A program made the translations under genes and the position numbers. From Jimgerdemannia flammicorona (Eukaryota), in assembly GCA_003990765.1 (NCBI GenBank), contig RBNJ01000066.1, forward strand, positions 1 to 44,645: DNA of 44,645 nucleotides, in the 5' to 3' direction. Below, in pieces: positions 12,189-24,432 of this stretch. Within the stretch, counting starts at the first letter, position 1, and the number at the start of each line of letters is the position of its first letter. Under the pieces are notes generated by a model. The model made no database searches. It had not been told where the DNA came from and saw nothing but the letters and a program-made list of their open reading frames with translations.

Positions 12189-12960
12189 GACTCTTAGCTC
12201 TGCAGATTTTTATTAGAAAAGAACCTAGACTATATAGACTAAAACCCTCTCCTACCTCTCTCTCTCTCTCAAATACTGTACTCTTATTAACTTAGACTTA
12301 TTATTATTCAGCAGCTCTACTATACTAGATGCAGTAGAGCTTAATGTAGTCTATATCTCATTCTATATACCATACTCTCCCTACTACTAGAGAGAAAATA
12401 ATAATATATCAACAACTGAAAACATATACCCAAAACTCCAATATATATATAAGACCATATAAGAGCTAGATAATAAAGTCTCTGCTATCTCAAATAGAAT
12501 AATAGGTAAAGAAAAACTCCTTTAAAAGATATAAAACAGTGGATAGTACTCAGAATAAATCAAATTAAATCAAATTTGCCTCTAATTTAATTTAATTTAA
12601 ATATTCAAATCAAATTGAGGTCCAATTTAATTTAAAGTCCAATTTGAATCTAATTTTTCAAAATTCAATAACTCAACCAAAATATATCTAAATTTAATAA
12701 ATTTTAGCTTATTTAATATATCTTATAATGAAGAATCTAATATAATAAATAATATTAAATTTGGACATATTTCTATAGAGTTATTATGTTTTAAATTTGG
12801 GATAAATATTTTAAATTGAATTAGACTCTAATTTAATTCAAATTCAATTTAAATAACTCTCAATTCAATTTAATTTGAATTAATTTAATTTATTTAAGAG
12901 AACTAATAGTGGATAGAATCTGGTTCTCTCTGATAAAGTAAGTAAAGGACTGACATATCC
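12158..12960 (-). mobile_element. Degenerate 5'-truncated copy of the poly(A)-tailed retroposon family, interrupted by a MITE
   Basis: Poly-T at 12158-12184 followed by the reverse complement of about 36655-37050 (gaacctagactatatag...aaaaccctctcc; cagtggatag...tggttctc...gtaaaggact). Confidence 0.8.
12544..12905. mobile_element. Non-autonomous hAT-like MITE (about 362 bp)
   Basis: Imperfect TIRs (TAGTACTC..AATAAATCAAATT / AATTTATTT..GAGAACTA), 8-bp TSD ACAGTGGA (12536-12543) and ATAGTGGA (12906-12913); the empty site ACAGTGGG is present in other copies of the host retroposon. Confidence 0.8.
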
Positions 12961-13890
12961 TTATACTTCTCTTTATTAAATTATATATTAATAATAATTA
13001 TATATTTAAGTAACTCAAGCTTAGTAGTGTACTCTTAATTAGAATATATATCTTTTAACTTTATTTCTTATTCTCTAAGAAGTTTTAAATAGTAAAGTAT
13101 TATAAGAGAATTTTGAGCTTAAATAATAAAAGATAAAGTTGTTAAATAATAGATATAATAGTAGATTTTATCTATTTTGAAATTTTGACTTATATATTAT
13201 ATAAGTATAGAGATATAATAATAAGTATAAGAGAGGTAAAAAGGGGGAATAAGAGTGAGAGAGGATATATTAAAGAACTATACTTTATATTATCAATGAG
13301 AATTACTTATATAATAATTAGTATATTGATTAATATATGTTGATAAATATATTAGTTAGTATATATTAATAAGCTTAGTATATATAGTTAGGATATATAT
13401 TGATATATAAATAGCTTATATATATATATACTAGTATATATTAGCTAGTATTATATATTAATAAATTATTGATCATATATATAGCTAGTATATATTAGCC
13501 AGCATATACCAGTATATATTAATAAGCTTTCAGTATATGATATATATAATTAGTATATATTTGAGTTATTAATAATAAGCTCAATACAATATATATACTA
13601 AGTCTCTTGAGCTTAAATTATATTATTAACTAGTTATATTGAACTTCTTAATAGGTCTTAAGCTTCTTAAATTATTATGGATTATTACTTAATATAGTAG
13701 TAATTGGAAATTAGTATATTTTAACCTTTTAAGCTATAGTTATATATATAGTATTTATATATATATCTGTTGAATTCTATAAATTTCTCCATATAATAAA
13801 CTTATAAAGATATATATTATAATATAAAGATATAACTGAATGTTGTACTTTTTTTTTTTTTACTTTTATAGTAAATAATATAATTACTAT

Positions 13891-14374
13891 TGTGATGGTT
13901 GATCCAAATTAGTAATATGAAACAGGGGAATCAGACATTTGATCATGGTACCTGAACCCAATCCCCGATATAGTATAGCCTTATAAATAGCAGTTATATT
14001 TCACAAGTATAGAAACTTTAGCAACCGTAGAAATTCTACAGATGTAAAATATTTCATGATTGTAAAGATCTTAACAAATATAGAGGATTTACACTTGTAG
14101 AAATTGACTCACAGGAAATGTAGTCATAATTTAGCCACCTTATAGCTAACAAAACTATATAAATAACCCAGTATCTTCAAGTAAATAAACCTCAGATCGA
14201 AATAGTTCAAAGCAAAGAGATAGCAAAGGAACTAGTAAGCCTGTAGGCAGATACACTTTGAACTCACCCACTCTCCCCTGCAACTTCAAGAGACTCTGCG
14301 AGAGTCAGAACAGTCAAGTTTTCAAGATACAGAAATCCGACATACTTCCAAGAGTAAGCATCTGCTACATTACA
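13891..14374 (+). repeat. 5' LTR of copy C
   Basis: Direct repeat of 20147-20630; about 22 differences counted by eye; internal ~17-18-bp degenerate tandem repeats at about 14010-14105. Confidence 0.95.
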
Positions 14375-14377
14375 ACT

Positions 14378-14395
14378 TGGTGCCCATTGGCTGAT
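14378..14395 (+). promoter_or_regulatory. Primer-binding site of copy C (TGGTGCCCATTGGCTGAT)
   Basis: TGG start (complement of tRNA CCA) 3 nt after the LTR. Confidence 0.85.
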
Positions 14396-14488
14396 GATTC
14401 AAGATGAATCCCTCACTTTCAAGCTGAACAATGAACAACTGCCACCACCTGAACAACCATACAAACTGAGCCCCAATACCTAGACAAG

Positions 14489-17400
14489 ATGGATATGAGA
14501 CCACTAGTATTCCTTAGATATACCTAATATAAATCGATCATCACCTTCATTGATGATTTTGAGCAGTATGCCACTGTAAGGACCCTGACAGCAGCACAGC
14601 AAGTAGCCCTCATGCCCTTCAGCCTACGAGGTCCTGCCAGAGCAGTATTCACAGCCATAACCCATGTAGGAAATAATACTGATGCTATACTGATAGCATA
14701 GAAGACCTGGCTCTGAAATACATATTACACAGACAAGATCAAGCAAGCCCTGAAGAATCAGCTCAATACAATATGTCAAGGAATGAGTGAGGACCCAAAC
14801 ACATTCTATACCAGAATTCGATATCAGATAATTCTTGTAGATTATGCTGCTGCTATCCAAGATCAAATAGTCGAAGCAACCTTCATGAAAGGAGTGTATC
14901 CAGAAATAGCCATGGCCATCCACTCATCACCAGTGATTCTGGATCTGCCGCAGAAGGTCACCTATGCTCAGCGATACTAGATAGCCAGACATCCACAAGA
15001 CCATACAATAGAAAGGGTCACAGGAGTCAGAATCGAGGCACCCAAGGCAACCAGCGTGATCCCTACCACAATGATCAATCAGAACACACCTCAGCCAAAA
15101 GCTACAGAGCAGCAAAAGAACAGTGACCCTATGGAGGAACTTGCCAAAAGGTTTGCCAAAATGACTACCCACCTGGGAGATGTGGTAAAGGAAATTCAAG
15201 GAAGAGACTGCTGCCCCATCCAGAAGTTCGCCACCACTGCAGACAAGAAGAAAGGCACCTGCTATACTTGTGGAGAAGAAGGCCACTACTCTTATAAATG
15301 CATGAGGGAAACCAAACACAAGGCTCAACCAAGTAATGCCACATGAAACAAGGAGCAGGCCAATATAATTACCTTCGAGGAGATTGGAGATTCTGATGAA
15401 GAAGAATGGGAGGCCTACCCAGCTCAGACCACCAAGAAGGATGCTCACAAAGAACCCTACAAGAGACCACCAGGAAGACCCAAGAAGAACCCAGTGGAAA
15501 AGCAGATGGAAACTGCTACAGAAAGCCAAGCCGAAGAGATAGACCAAGATACAGAGCTGGAGCAAGCAGTTCAAGATATCATCCGAGAAACCACTCCAGC
15601 CAGCAAAGGAGAAAAAGAAAAGAAGCTTCACAAGACCAAGACCTTCAAGTATGATATCTTCAAGGACCTCAGCCAACAAAAAGTCAATGCAACCTTTGGT
15701 CAGCTTGCAGAAATCCCAACATTCAGACAGCAAATGAGGTTCAGACTTGTCGAAACAACTAAGGAACAAGGATGGAAGATAACTGAGGCCAATAATGCTC
15801 AAGAGAACTCAGAAGAAGAAAGTGAGGACAACTGCAAAACCTCTGCATATGCAACATGCCAAATCGAGGATAGAATCTTTGAGGCCATTATTGATACAGG
15901 AGCAGGAGGATGTCTCCTCAGCAAGAAGGCAGCAGACTGCCTAGGTTGGGATGTAGAAGAAGCAACTAAGCTGGTGTTTGTCACAGCTGATGGTACAAGA
16001 GCCACACCTCTGGGAAAGATCCAAGATGTTCCCATCAAGATTAGAGGAGCAACCATCTCAGTAGATGTAATCGTAACCAATGCCACCAACTATGACATCC
16101 TCATTGGCAATCAATAGCTTCACAAAGCCAAGGCAGTAATCGATCTCAATGCTCAGAAGATGCAGATCACCTACCGGGGACAGAAGATACGAATTTCCAT
16201 CAATGTTAACAAAGGAGTCCTGCCTGACATGGAGGAAGAAGAGAACGAGCAAGAGGAAGCTTATATGGTAACTACTCCAAAGAAGAAGAAAGTCGGATGG
16301 ATGAGTGAAGAAGAATGGTGTAAGAAGATCGCAGAAGGCTATGCACTACAAGGAGTCTGTCCTCACAGTATCAAGATGTACTGCATGGAGTATATCAATG
16401 ATTGCTACCAGTGCACCATTGGAATCAGGAAGATCCACCAGGAAAGAAGGCAGAAAGCTCTCGAAAAACAGATCAGGGAAGAAAAGAAGGAGGAAGATGA
16501 TGAACCACTAGCCCTTCTGGAGGACAGTGATAATGAAGAAGAAATCAAGGTCAAGATTCGAAAGATCCACCCTGATGCAGTCTTGCCAGAATACAAGTCA
16601 GAAAATGCAGCAGGAATGGACATCGCTACAGTAGAAGAGGCCATACTGGAACCCCAGACAACTACCCTACTTGCAACCAGATTGGAGATGACCATCCCAA
16701 AGGATCATGTCGGGATTCTCAAGACAAGAAGCAGCCTGGCTAGAAGTGAAATTACAATTGAAGGAGGAGTCATCGATTCAGACTACATTGGAGAAATTCT
16801 ACTCATCGCTAGAAATCACAATCCTACAATCCCATTTCCAGTCAAGAAGAAGGACTGATTGGTACAAATGTTGATCTTTCCAATCCTACAACCAAAAATC
16901 ATGGAAGTTAAGAAGCTGGAGGAAACAAGGAGAGGAAAGAAAGGATTTGGATCCACAAGAAGAGGAGTATTCGCTAACATCAAGATCACCGAACTTGAGC
17001 ATAAGAAGGAGAAAAACACAAGCAAGCACAGCTACACCATCGGAAATGAATTTCCACTCAAGAAAGAACTCAAGAAAATACTCCATGAATTCGAGGACAT
17101 CCTTGCCACAGATTTCAAGGACATCAAAGGAAAGACCCCACACTACTATTATGAAGTAGACACTGGAGACATCGAACTAATTTATCAGAAGGCAAGACCC
17201 ATCCTGCCAGCCTACAGAGAATGGCTCAGAGAAGAAATCAAGCAGATGGAAGAAGCCAGCATCATTAAAGAAGTAAGCAGCCCCTGGTCCTCACCTGTTA
17301 TACTAGCCCCGAAAAAAGGTAGCAAGCCTGGAGAATTCACCCCAAGACTCTGTGTTGACTACAGAAAGCTCAACATGGTTACCAAGAAGGATTGCCAACC

Positions 17401-19663
17401 ACTGCCCCTCATCAATGACATCCTCATAACACTAGGAGATGAAGCACAGTACTACAGCACCTTGGACTTATACTCAGGATTCCACCAAATCGGACTCACA
17501 GACATGGCAAGTGAAAAGTCAGCTTTCATCACTCCAGACAGAACCTACATCTACCTATGAATGCCATTTGGAATATGCAATGCACCAGCAAGCTTCCAGT
17601 GAATGATGAACAAAATCTTCTGCTATGACATGGGAAGATGGATGATAGTCTACGTCGATGATGTAATCATCTATAGTAAGACACCTGAGGAACATCTGCA
17701 GCACATATAGCAGATAATGGAGAGACTAAGACAACATGGCCTTTACATCAAACCCAAGAAGTGCAAGTTCGCAGAAATCGAGATCTCGTATCTTGGCCAC
17801 ATCATCAACCGAGATGGAACACACATGGACCCCCTCAAGATACAAGCAGTGGCAGCATACCCAAGACCCACCACTGTTACAGAAGCCCAAGCCTTCATGG
17901 GACTCACCTCCTATTATTGTAGATTTATTAGAGGATTTTCTAATATTGTGGGACTAATCTATGAACTTAACAAGAAGGATACCAAGTTCCAGTGGACTGG
18001 CAGACAACAAGCATTTGACGAATTCAAGGTCAGACTGACCCAGGCACCTATCCTCAGAAGACCTGACTGGACTCAAGAATTCATCCTACAGACTGATGCA
18101 AGCGCACAAGGACTAGAAGCAGTTCTAGCTCAAAAGAAAGACAAAGTAGAGTATGTCATAGCATACCTCAGCTGCGGAACCCAAGGAGCTGAGAAAGAAT
18201 ACGAATCCTACAAGTTGGAATGCCTTGCAGTCATCTGGGCCATAGAAAAGTTCCACTACTACTTGGCTGGAAGATACTTCACCATCCAAATGGACCACTC
18301 AGCTCTCACCTAGCTACTGACAACTGGACAACCCAAAGAAATCTATGCCAGATGGATAATGAAGTTGCAAGCTTATGACATAACCATCGTACATTGCTCT
18401 GGAAGAACTAATACCAATGCAGATGCTCTCTCATGGACACCCCAAAGGACCCCACCCCCACAAAATCGCCATGAATAAGGAGCTCTACTATAGAATTATC
18501 ACATATCTGGGACAGTGAAAAATGCCCCAACATCTGGAAGAATGGACACAAACGATTATCAACAGAACATGGAAACAATTCGAAACCGATGGAGAAACAC
18601 TAAAGAAAGGAAAACTACTAGTCATACCAGAACACAAGAAGGAGCAAGCAATGAAATCAGTACATGAACTTGGCCATCTAGGAGGAACGAATACATACGA
18701 TAAGGCAAGAAGAACAATATGGTGGCCAGGGATGGAGGAAGATATCAGACAATTTGTCAAGACCTGCGATAAATGCCAGAAACAGAAACAAGATCAATGA
18801 AATCAAGCCCCAGGATCAGCACATATAGAACCAGTACCATTTGCCCACATTGTAATGGATGTAATTAGCCCTCTACCCTTGACTTTGACTGGCAACTGGT
18901 ACATAATTGTCATCATAGACCTCTTTACAAAATGGATAGAAGCAGGACCCCTTATGGAAGCCAATGTACAGTCAATTGCTGATTTCTTCCACAAGGAAAT
19001 TATCTGCTGGTTCAAGACCCCAACACAAGTAACTACAGATAGAGGAACCAAATTCATGAACCAGTTCTCTATAAGAAGTACAAGATTCAGTATATTTGGA
19101 CTACAGCATATCATCCTCAAGGAAATGGATAAGTAGAAAGGACCAACAAAATCCTCAAGAACATTATTGCCAAGATCTGCAATAACTACGAGAACTGGGA
19201 TCACTATCTGCTAATAGCATTATCTGCTCTCCAAGATATCCAATCACAAAGTACCCACTTTACTCCTCGAGAAATGCTGTTTGGAGAAGAATGTTCTCAG
19301 AGAACTCTGTCATCCAATGGAGATGCTATATGGAAACATGTGGACATGGAAATATGGAGACTACACCAAATCAGGAAGAAGGCTGAGGATTACATAATGA
19401 AGGTGCAGACACTACAACGGAGGAATGTGGAAAAGACCCACAAATCCTTGGAGATTATCAAAATAGGAGACAAAGTCCTAGTATATCGGAATATGGTAGA
19501 AGCTTCATGGTCACGAAAATTGGAGCCCAAGTGAGAAGGACCTTACCTTGTACAAGATATAAAAGAGACCACCTTTTGGCTACGAAAAACCTCAGGCACA
19601 ATCATCCCCACTACCATCCACTGAAACAGACTCAAGAAATACCATGACCAGCTAACAAAGTAA
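14489..19663 (+). pseudogene. gag-pol of copy C, disrupted by stops
   Basis: CCHC knuckle CYTCGEEGHYSYKC, protease IIDTGAG, dUTPase, RT (LCVDYRKLN, YVDD), RNase H (LQTDAS), integrase HHCC (HELGHLGG..CDKC), DDE core, KLEPK.EGPY; no chromodomain seen. Confidence 0.95.
16544..16960 (+). other. dUTPase domain within pol of copy C
   Basis: AAGMDI, RSSLA, GGVIDSDYIGEI, D.LVQM, RGKKGFGST. Confidence 0.95.
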
Positions 19664-20105
19664 TGCAGCTACCCTCAAGATCACTAGTGCTGCCCAACAA
19701 GCCATAGAGAGACAGTAGTATTCCACCGAACCACCAACAATGGAGGAATCCTTTGATAGTATACAGAGTATAGTCCAGACTCACCTGTTATGAATTTCGC
19801 ACTTCAAGGCCTACCAGATGTGAACCGAGTTCCAGGAGTACTTCAAGCTAAGACAACTACTGAATTCAAATCCGCAGATGGGAAAAGAAGACTGGATCAA
19901 AGAATGCCAGCTCACCTACACTCAGATCACAATTGCCAAGAGAGTGCACAAATTATTTAAAGATGATGAACCAGCTTTAGCTCATCTCTGAGAAGTAATT
20001 CTAAGGGATTTTGGACAAATCAGGAGACAACATTGGAAGAATGTAATGGTACAGATTACACAGTACAAGAAGATACAAATTGTAGAAGCCTGGGAGTTTG
20101 AGTGA
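19644..20105 (+). pseudogene. Accessory ORF (~150 aa) between integrase and PPT, homologous to the LTR ORF of copy B
   Basis: ATG overlaps the integrase end; the frame reads MEESFDSIQ...QEYFKLRQLL...IAKRVHKLFKDD...RDFGQI; stops are C>T-derivable. Confidence 0.75.
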
Positions 20106-20146
20106 ATAGGATACTTCAGAGATGAATCACCTATTTAGGAGGAAGT

Positions 20147-20630
20147 TGTGATAGTTGATCCGAATTAGTAATATGAAACAGGGGAATCAGACATTTGATC
20201 ATGGTACCTGAACCCAATCCCCAATATAGTATAGCCTTATAAATAGCAGTTATATTTTACAAGTGTAGAAACTTTAGCAACCGTAGAAATTCTACAGATG
20301 TAAAATATTTCATGATTGTAAAGATCTTAACAAATGTAGAGGATTTACACTTGTAGAAATTGACTCACAGGAAACGTAGTCATAATTTAGCCACCTTATA
20401 GCTAGTAACACTGTATAAATAACCCAGTATCTTCGAGTGAATAAACCTTAGATCGAAATAGTTCAAAGCAAAGAGATAGCAAAGGAACTAGTAAGCCTGC
20501 AGGCAGATACACTTTGAACACACCCACTCTTCCCTGCAACTTCAAGAGACTCTGCAAGAGTCAGAACAGTCAAGTTTTCAAGATACAGAAATCCGACGTA
20601 CTTCTAAGAGTAAGCATCCGCTACGTTACA
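20147..20630 (+). repeat. 3' LTR of copy C
   Basis: Direct repeat of 13891-14374. Confidence 0.95.
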
Positions 20631-21343
20631 CTATATATATAACTACTACATATTAATTTTTACTAAAATTTCTTATCTTTCATATATAAAAAATATTATT
20701 ATAATGTAATTTTTTTTTATAAATCTATATCAAACTATTAATATGACTATTATCTCAGTTATATATCTTAATAAAAATCCTATATAACTCTTATTAAGGT
20801 ATACTTAATCTACTTAGATGTGACTTTTTCTTGATATCTCAAGATCTACAAAACCTACTCATTTTCATTAAGATTCTGTATTTTTTCTTTAATATAAAGA
20901 GTGGAGTTATATATTTTTTTCATATAGGAGTAACTATTTTTCCTTATTGGCAAATTTGCTTGCTCAACCTAATTGATTAGCTGTAGTTAGCTTGTTGACC
21001 TCTGATTCATCACATTCAGCCTATACAAAAATTTAACTCAGGATCACATATATATCTCACTATGAGTTAATCCTTAGTATGACTATAGAATGGACAAAAG
21101 TAAGTACTTAGAGAAATATGCTAGTAACTGAGGTAAAAGCAAGTATCTGATACAGGAAGTATGTAAGTAAACCTTCTTTCAAAAAACTGTTCTTATACAG
21201 GATACATACAATATAAGTGGCTAAACTATCAAAGATAAGCAAGCCTTTATTTTCTATTTATTTTCAACACTTTATTTAAAACTCTCTTACTCTTACTCAC
21301 ATATCTTTTAACTGGTTTCTTATACTGGTCTTGGTTGCTTTTA

Positions 21344-21389
21344 AGCCAACTGATGAGCCCCTTGAGTAAGAGTAAAACTGGTCTAGGTT
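21344..21389 (+). ncRNA. Degenerate type I hammerhead ribozyme (Penelope-like minimal form)
   Basis: AGCCAA-CTGATGAG-CCCCTT GAGT AAGAG-TAAAACTGGTC-TAGGTT; restoring transitions gives CTGATGA...CGAAACCGGTC with stems I and II. Confidence 0.6.
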
Positions 21390-23739
21390 GTAGTTACACT
21401 GTTATACCTCTTAGCTTTGTAATAACATAGGCATATGACTTTGAAATAAAATATTATATTAAAGACAACACTGAAATATGATAAAGTGTGAAAAGGAGAA
21501 TAGAGAGGTCGCATTCTGCATGTGTCATGCATCCTGTCTATGCAGTTCAACATGGTTGCCTTTGGAGAGCCAAACCTGATCACAGCTTACCTCTGAACCT
21601 ACATCTCCCTCCTAACGTACTCACCACACCTAATCTCTAAGCTCTTCCCACACCTATGCCACTGCATCACCATGCACGCACAATCTCAACCATGGGCACA
21701 AGCTGCAAGATACCCTACGATGGCAATGACCAGCAGGAGACAATGCAATCACCAATCCAGACTGCGTGAGAACATTATTCTGGTGGAGGAGTATGACAGG
21801 AATTGACATACAGGTATGTGCGGGATACGGTAGTGCTAGACCAGGGTGGGTGGGAGCTATATACTTGTGAGAGCGTTGTTCCCCATTTGGCCACTGAGGA
21901 GGCAGGTGGAGATGAAGGGGTTTACCCAATGGGCGAAGAGGTTAGGGTTTGGGGATTGCTGGGATATATCATTTGGCATGTATAGGTTGCATCCCGCCAT
22001 TCCTACACACCACACTCACCCCCTGCATGAACTTTGCACAATAGCGAATCCAACGATCATCAGCCTTGGCCAGCTGCATACCAGCGTGAAGTCCGCCATG
22101 TGTTAAGGCTCTTTATCTGTTGGATGATCATGGTGTTGCAATCCATCGATCATATATGTTTTTGTTTGGGTACTTTTGGGCGCACGGCTAGATGGTACAA
22201 TTGAAATGATTAAATGTCAAAGCCTGGTTTGAGAGGGTACAAAGAATATTGAAATAACGACCTTCGATCGTCCTGTATTCATCAGATTCCAAGACATGGG
22301 TACGTTTAATTTCATTCTGTCACTTCAAAACAATATTCTTGCATCTCCGAGACCAATTCTTTCCCCGCTCTCTATTCTAATTGACACCGCCCCAGTACAG
22401 CCCCCACAAGAACGTCCTCCTTCACACCCTCGATCACATATCCAAAGATTCGAATCTCTCATGCACCCACCTCAATCCCCACTCAGGATTCGTCTTCCGG
22501 ATAGGCATAGGCATTGGCATTGTGTATTTCATCTACTCGTATAAGGGACTCGGATGGACGGCCGGCCCACAAAAAGACATAGAGAGATGTGATAGTTCGT
22601 GATTGAATTTTTGTTCGAGCAATACGCAAAAGAAAGGAGTCGTCGGAAATATGAGGACACTCCGTTCACTTATCCGCAATGAACATTTGATATATATGAC
22701 CTTTTCTACATCTCAAAAATTAGGTGGCACTACTCTGCTGCGACTGGCTTGTCCTTTGGCGCAGTTGTCGTATTGCTGCTCCCGCCAATTTATTACGGCG
22801 AATCATGGTTCTATCTTCTACACTCTGTCGCCTGGCTCACAACAAACATCGTCCAATAGACGATTTTGTAACAATACCTGGCAAACCATGCATAGCTTAG
22901 AGGGAGACACCCTATTACGAATTCGAAATAAATAAAGTGCATATTCTTGTAGATCATCCGCATAAATAATTCTCTCCTAATCAAGGCATGGCGAATGTAT
23001 GGAAAGACCGAGAAGATGGTCAGATGGGTATATTTGCTCTTCGAAGACTTTCAGGAGGGAATGCTCTTGAGTTGCTGAGCGTCAACATTTTCAAATAACA
23101 TTCGCTGGTCGAGTGTCACCTTTCATTCTTACATTCTGTTGTGCGCATTTTTGACTCTTCGCTCGTACGTCACTTCTGAACCCTCATCTCCATCCATTCC
23201 TAAAACGGATGGGCTGGCTGCTTTATGGTAGGTGGGCGATTTATACATTGTGATGATTATTTTGACAATTATTTTCTCGGCGCAACACTCCTGTTGATAT
23301 TCGTTTTGGCCATTTGATTCATTTCTAGCAATTACCCTAGATCCCGTGCTGCCATAATAAATGCACGCATTCAATCAGAACCCTTTTTGCCATTACGTTT
23401 CTCTCTGATTTATACAGCTGTTCCGTCATTTCCCGAGTTCTGACCCCACGGCACTTTGTCGAACGATTATGTCATTGTATTATATTTCATTTTCCCATTC
23501 TAGAGAGGTGTTTAACTCCACACACTACACCTATTCTGACGCCATTGCAGATGGCAGTAACGGCAAACTGGCCCAGCTTGAGCAAGTACCTGCGCGGGTG
23601 GCGATGATGCGGGAGCCCGACAAACTACGAAACGAAGAATATATGTGAGTGCCGGGCCGCGAAAACGTTGAGAACAAAAACAGGTGTTGATGGTAGTGAT
23701 CGCCCGGAGAATCCAACATAACCTTAGAGATATGTGCAA

Positions 23740-24110
23740 GGTCTTAGCTATATCTGGAATGTTTTGTGAGATGAAGCTTTTTTAATTCTACTGGCTGCAA
23801 GTGTGTACAATACCTCGTGTTGATTGTAGGTGGCAAGCATGTCGGCCATGTGGCCGAATTCGACCTTTTCCTCGAGAATATGTTTGTCTTGATTCTTGCG
23901 GCCAAACGAGGAAAATACCGTAATATTTTTACTAGGGCCGTTGAGAGCATTACTAATTTAAAATGCTTTTCGAGGAAGGGAGTGGAGGACAACGCAAGAT
24001 CAACCAGTACACCTTGCAAAAAAGGGAGAGAATGTAATCACCACAGAATTCTCTCTCAAAATATCCTTCTGCCAAAAGATTACATTTCCTTTCGAAGACA
24101 TTTAAACTGA
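23740..24110 (-). pseudogene. Relic of a PD-(D/E)XK-like nuclease/CRN-type family gene (paralog 1)
   Basis: Minus-strand peptides LNVFERKCNLLAEGYFEREF.. and GRKNQDKHILEEKVEFGHMADML; nucleotide similarity to 25340-25460; frameshifted. Confidence 0.4.
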
Positions 24111-24355
24111 AATGAATATATCAGTAAATATATAATGTGAAAGCAATACTGTATCAAGAAAAAAGCGGTAGGAGACACACAATTGTTCTGTTGCTAGTTC
24201 GATCTTCAATTCACCTATACAGTACTTATAAAAACGCATCTGGATCTCTATACCGATTGGCTGTAACATTATACACATGAATATATATTGCAGATTTTGG
24301 AATAAAGCATTCACTTTTGTGAGAACATGCTTGTTGATTTCATGTAAAGTCCATA

Positions 24356-24361
<6 letters not shown>

Positions 24362-24409
<48 letters not shown>

Positions 24410-24432
24410 TTGTTGTTGTTGTTGTTGTTGTT
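24362..24432. repeat. Poly(T) run plus (TTG)n microsatellite
   Basis: Directly visible. Confidence 0.95.

Larger units (their letters stand above)
13891..20630 (+). mobile_element. Full-length Ty3/Gypsy LTR retrotransposon (copy C) with dUTPase and a 3' accessory ORF; inactivated
   Basis: 484-bp LTRs 13891-14374 and 20147-20630 (TGT...ACA), 4-bp TSD CTAT (13887-13890 and 20631-20634), PBS, PPT AGGAGGAAG at about 20137-20145. Confidence 0.97.

Noticed and set aside
14927-15802. 291-aa minus-strand ORF and similar hydrophobic antisense ORFs (e.g. 165-461, 5921-6193)
   Set aside because: Antisense shadows of A-rich gag/pol codons; no independent motifs
18440-18480. Apparent separate integrase ORF with overlapping cATGAATAA start/stop in copy C
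   Set aside because: In copy B the same ATG (8111) is in frame with RNase H and its frameshift lies elsewhere (about 8240); most likely independent post-insertion indels
19644-20105. env-like interpretation of the third ORF
   Set aside because: Too short; no signal peptide, furin site or TM helix
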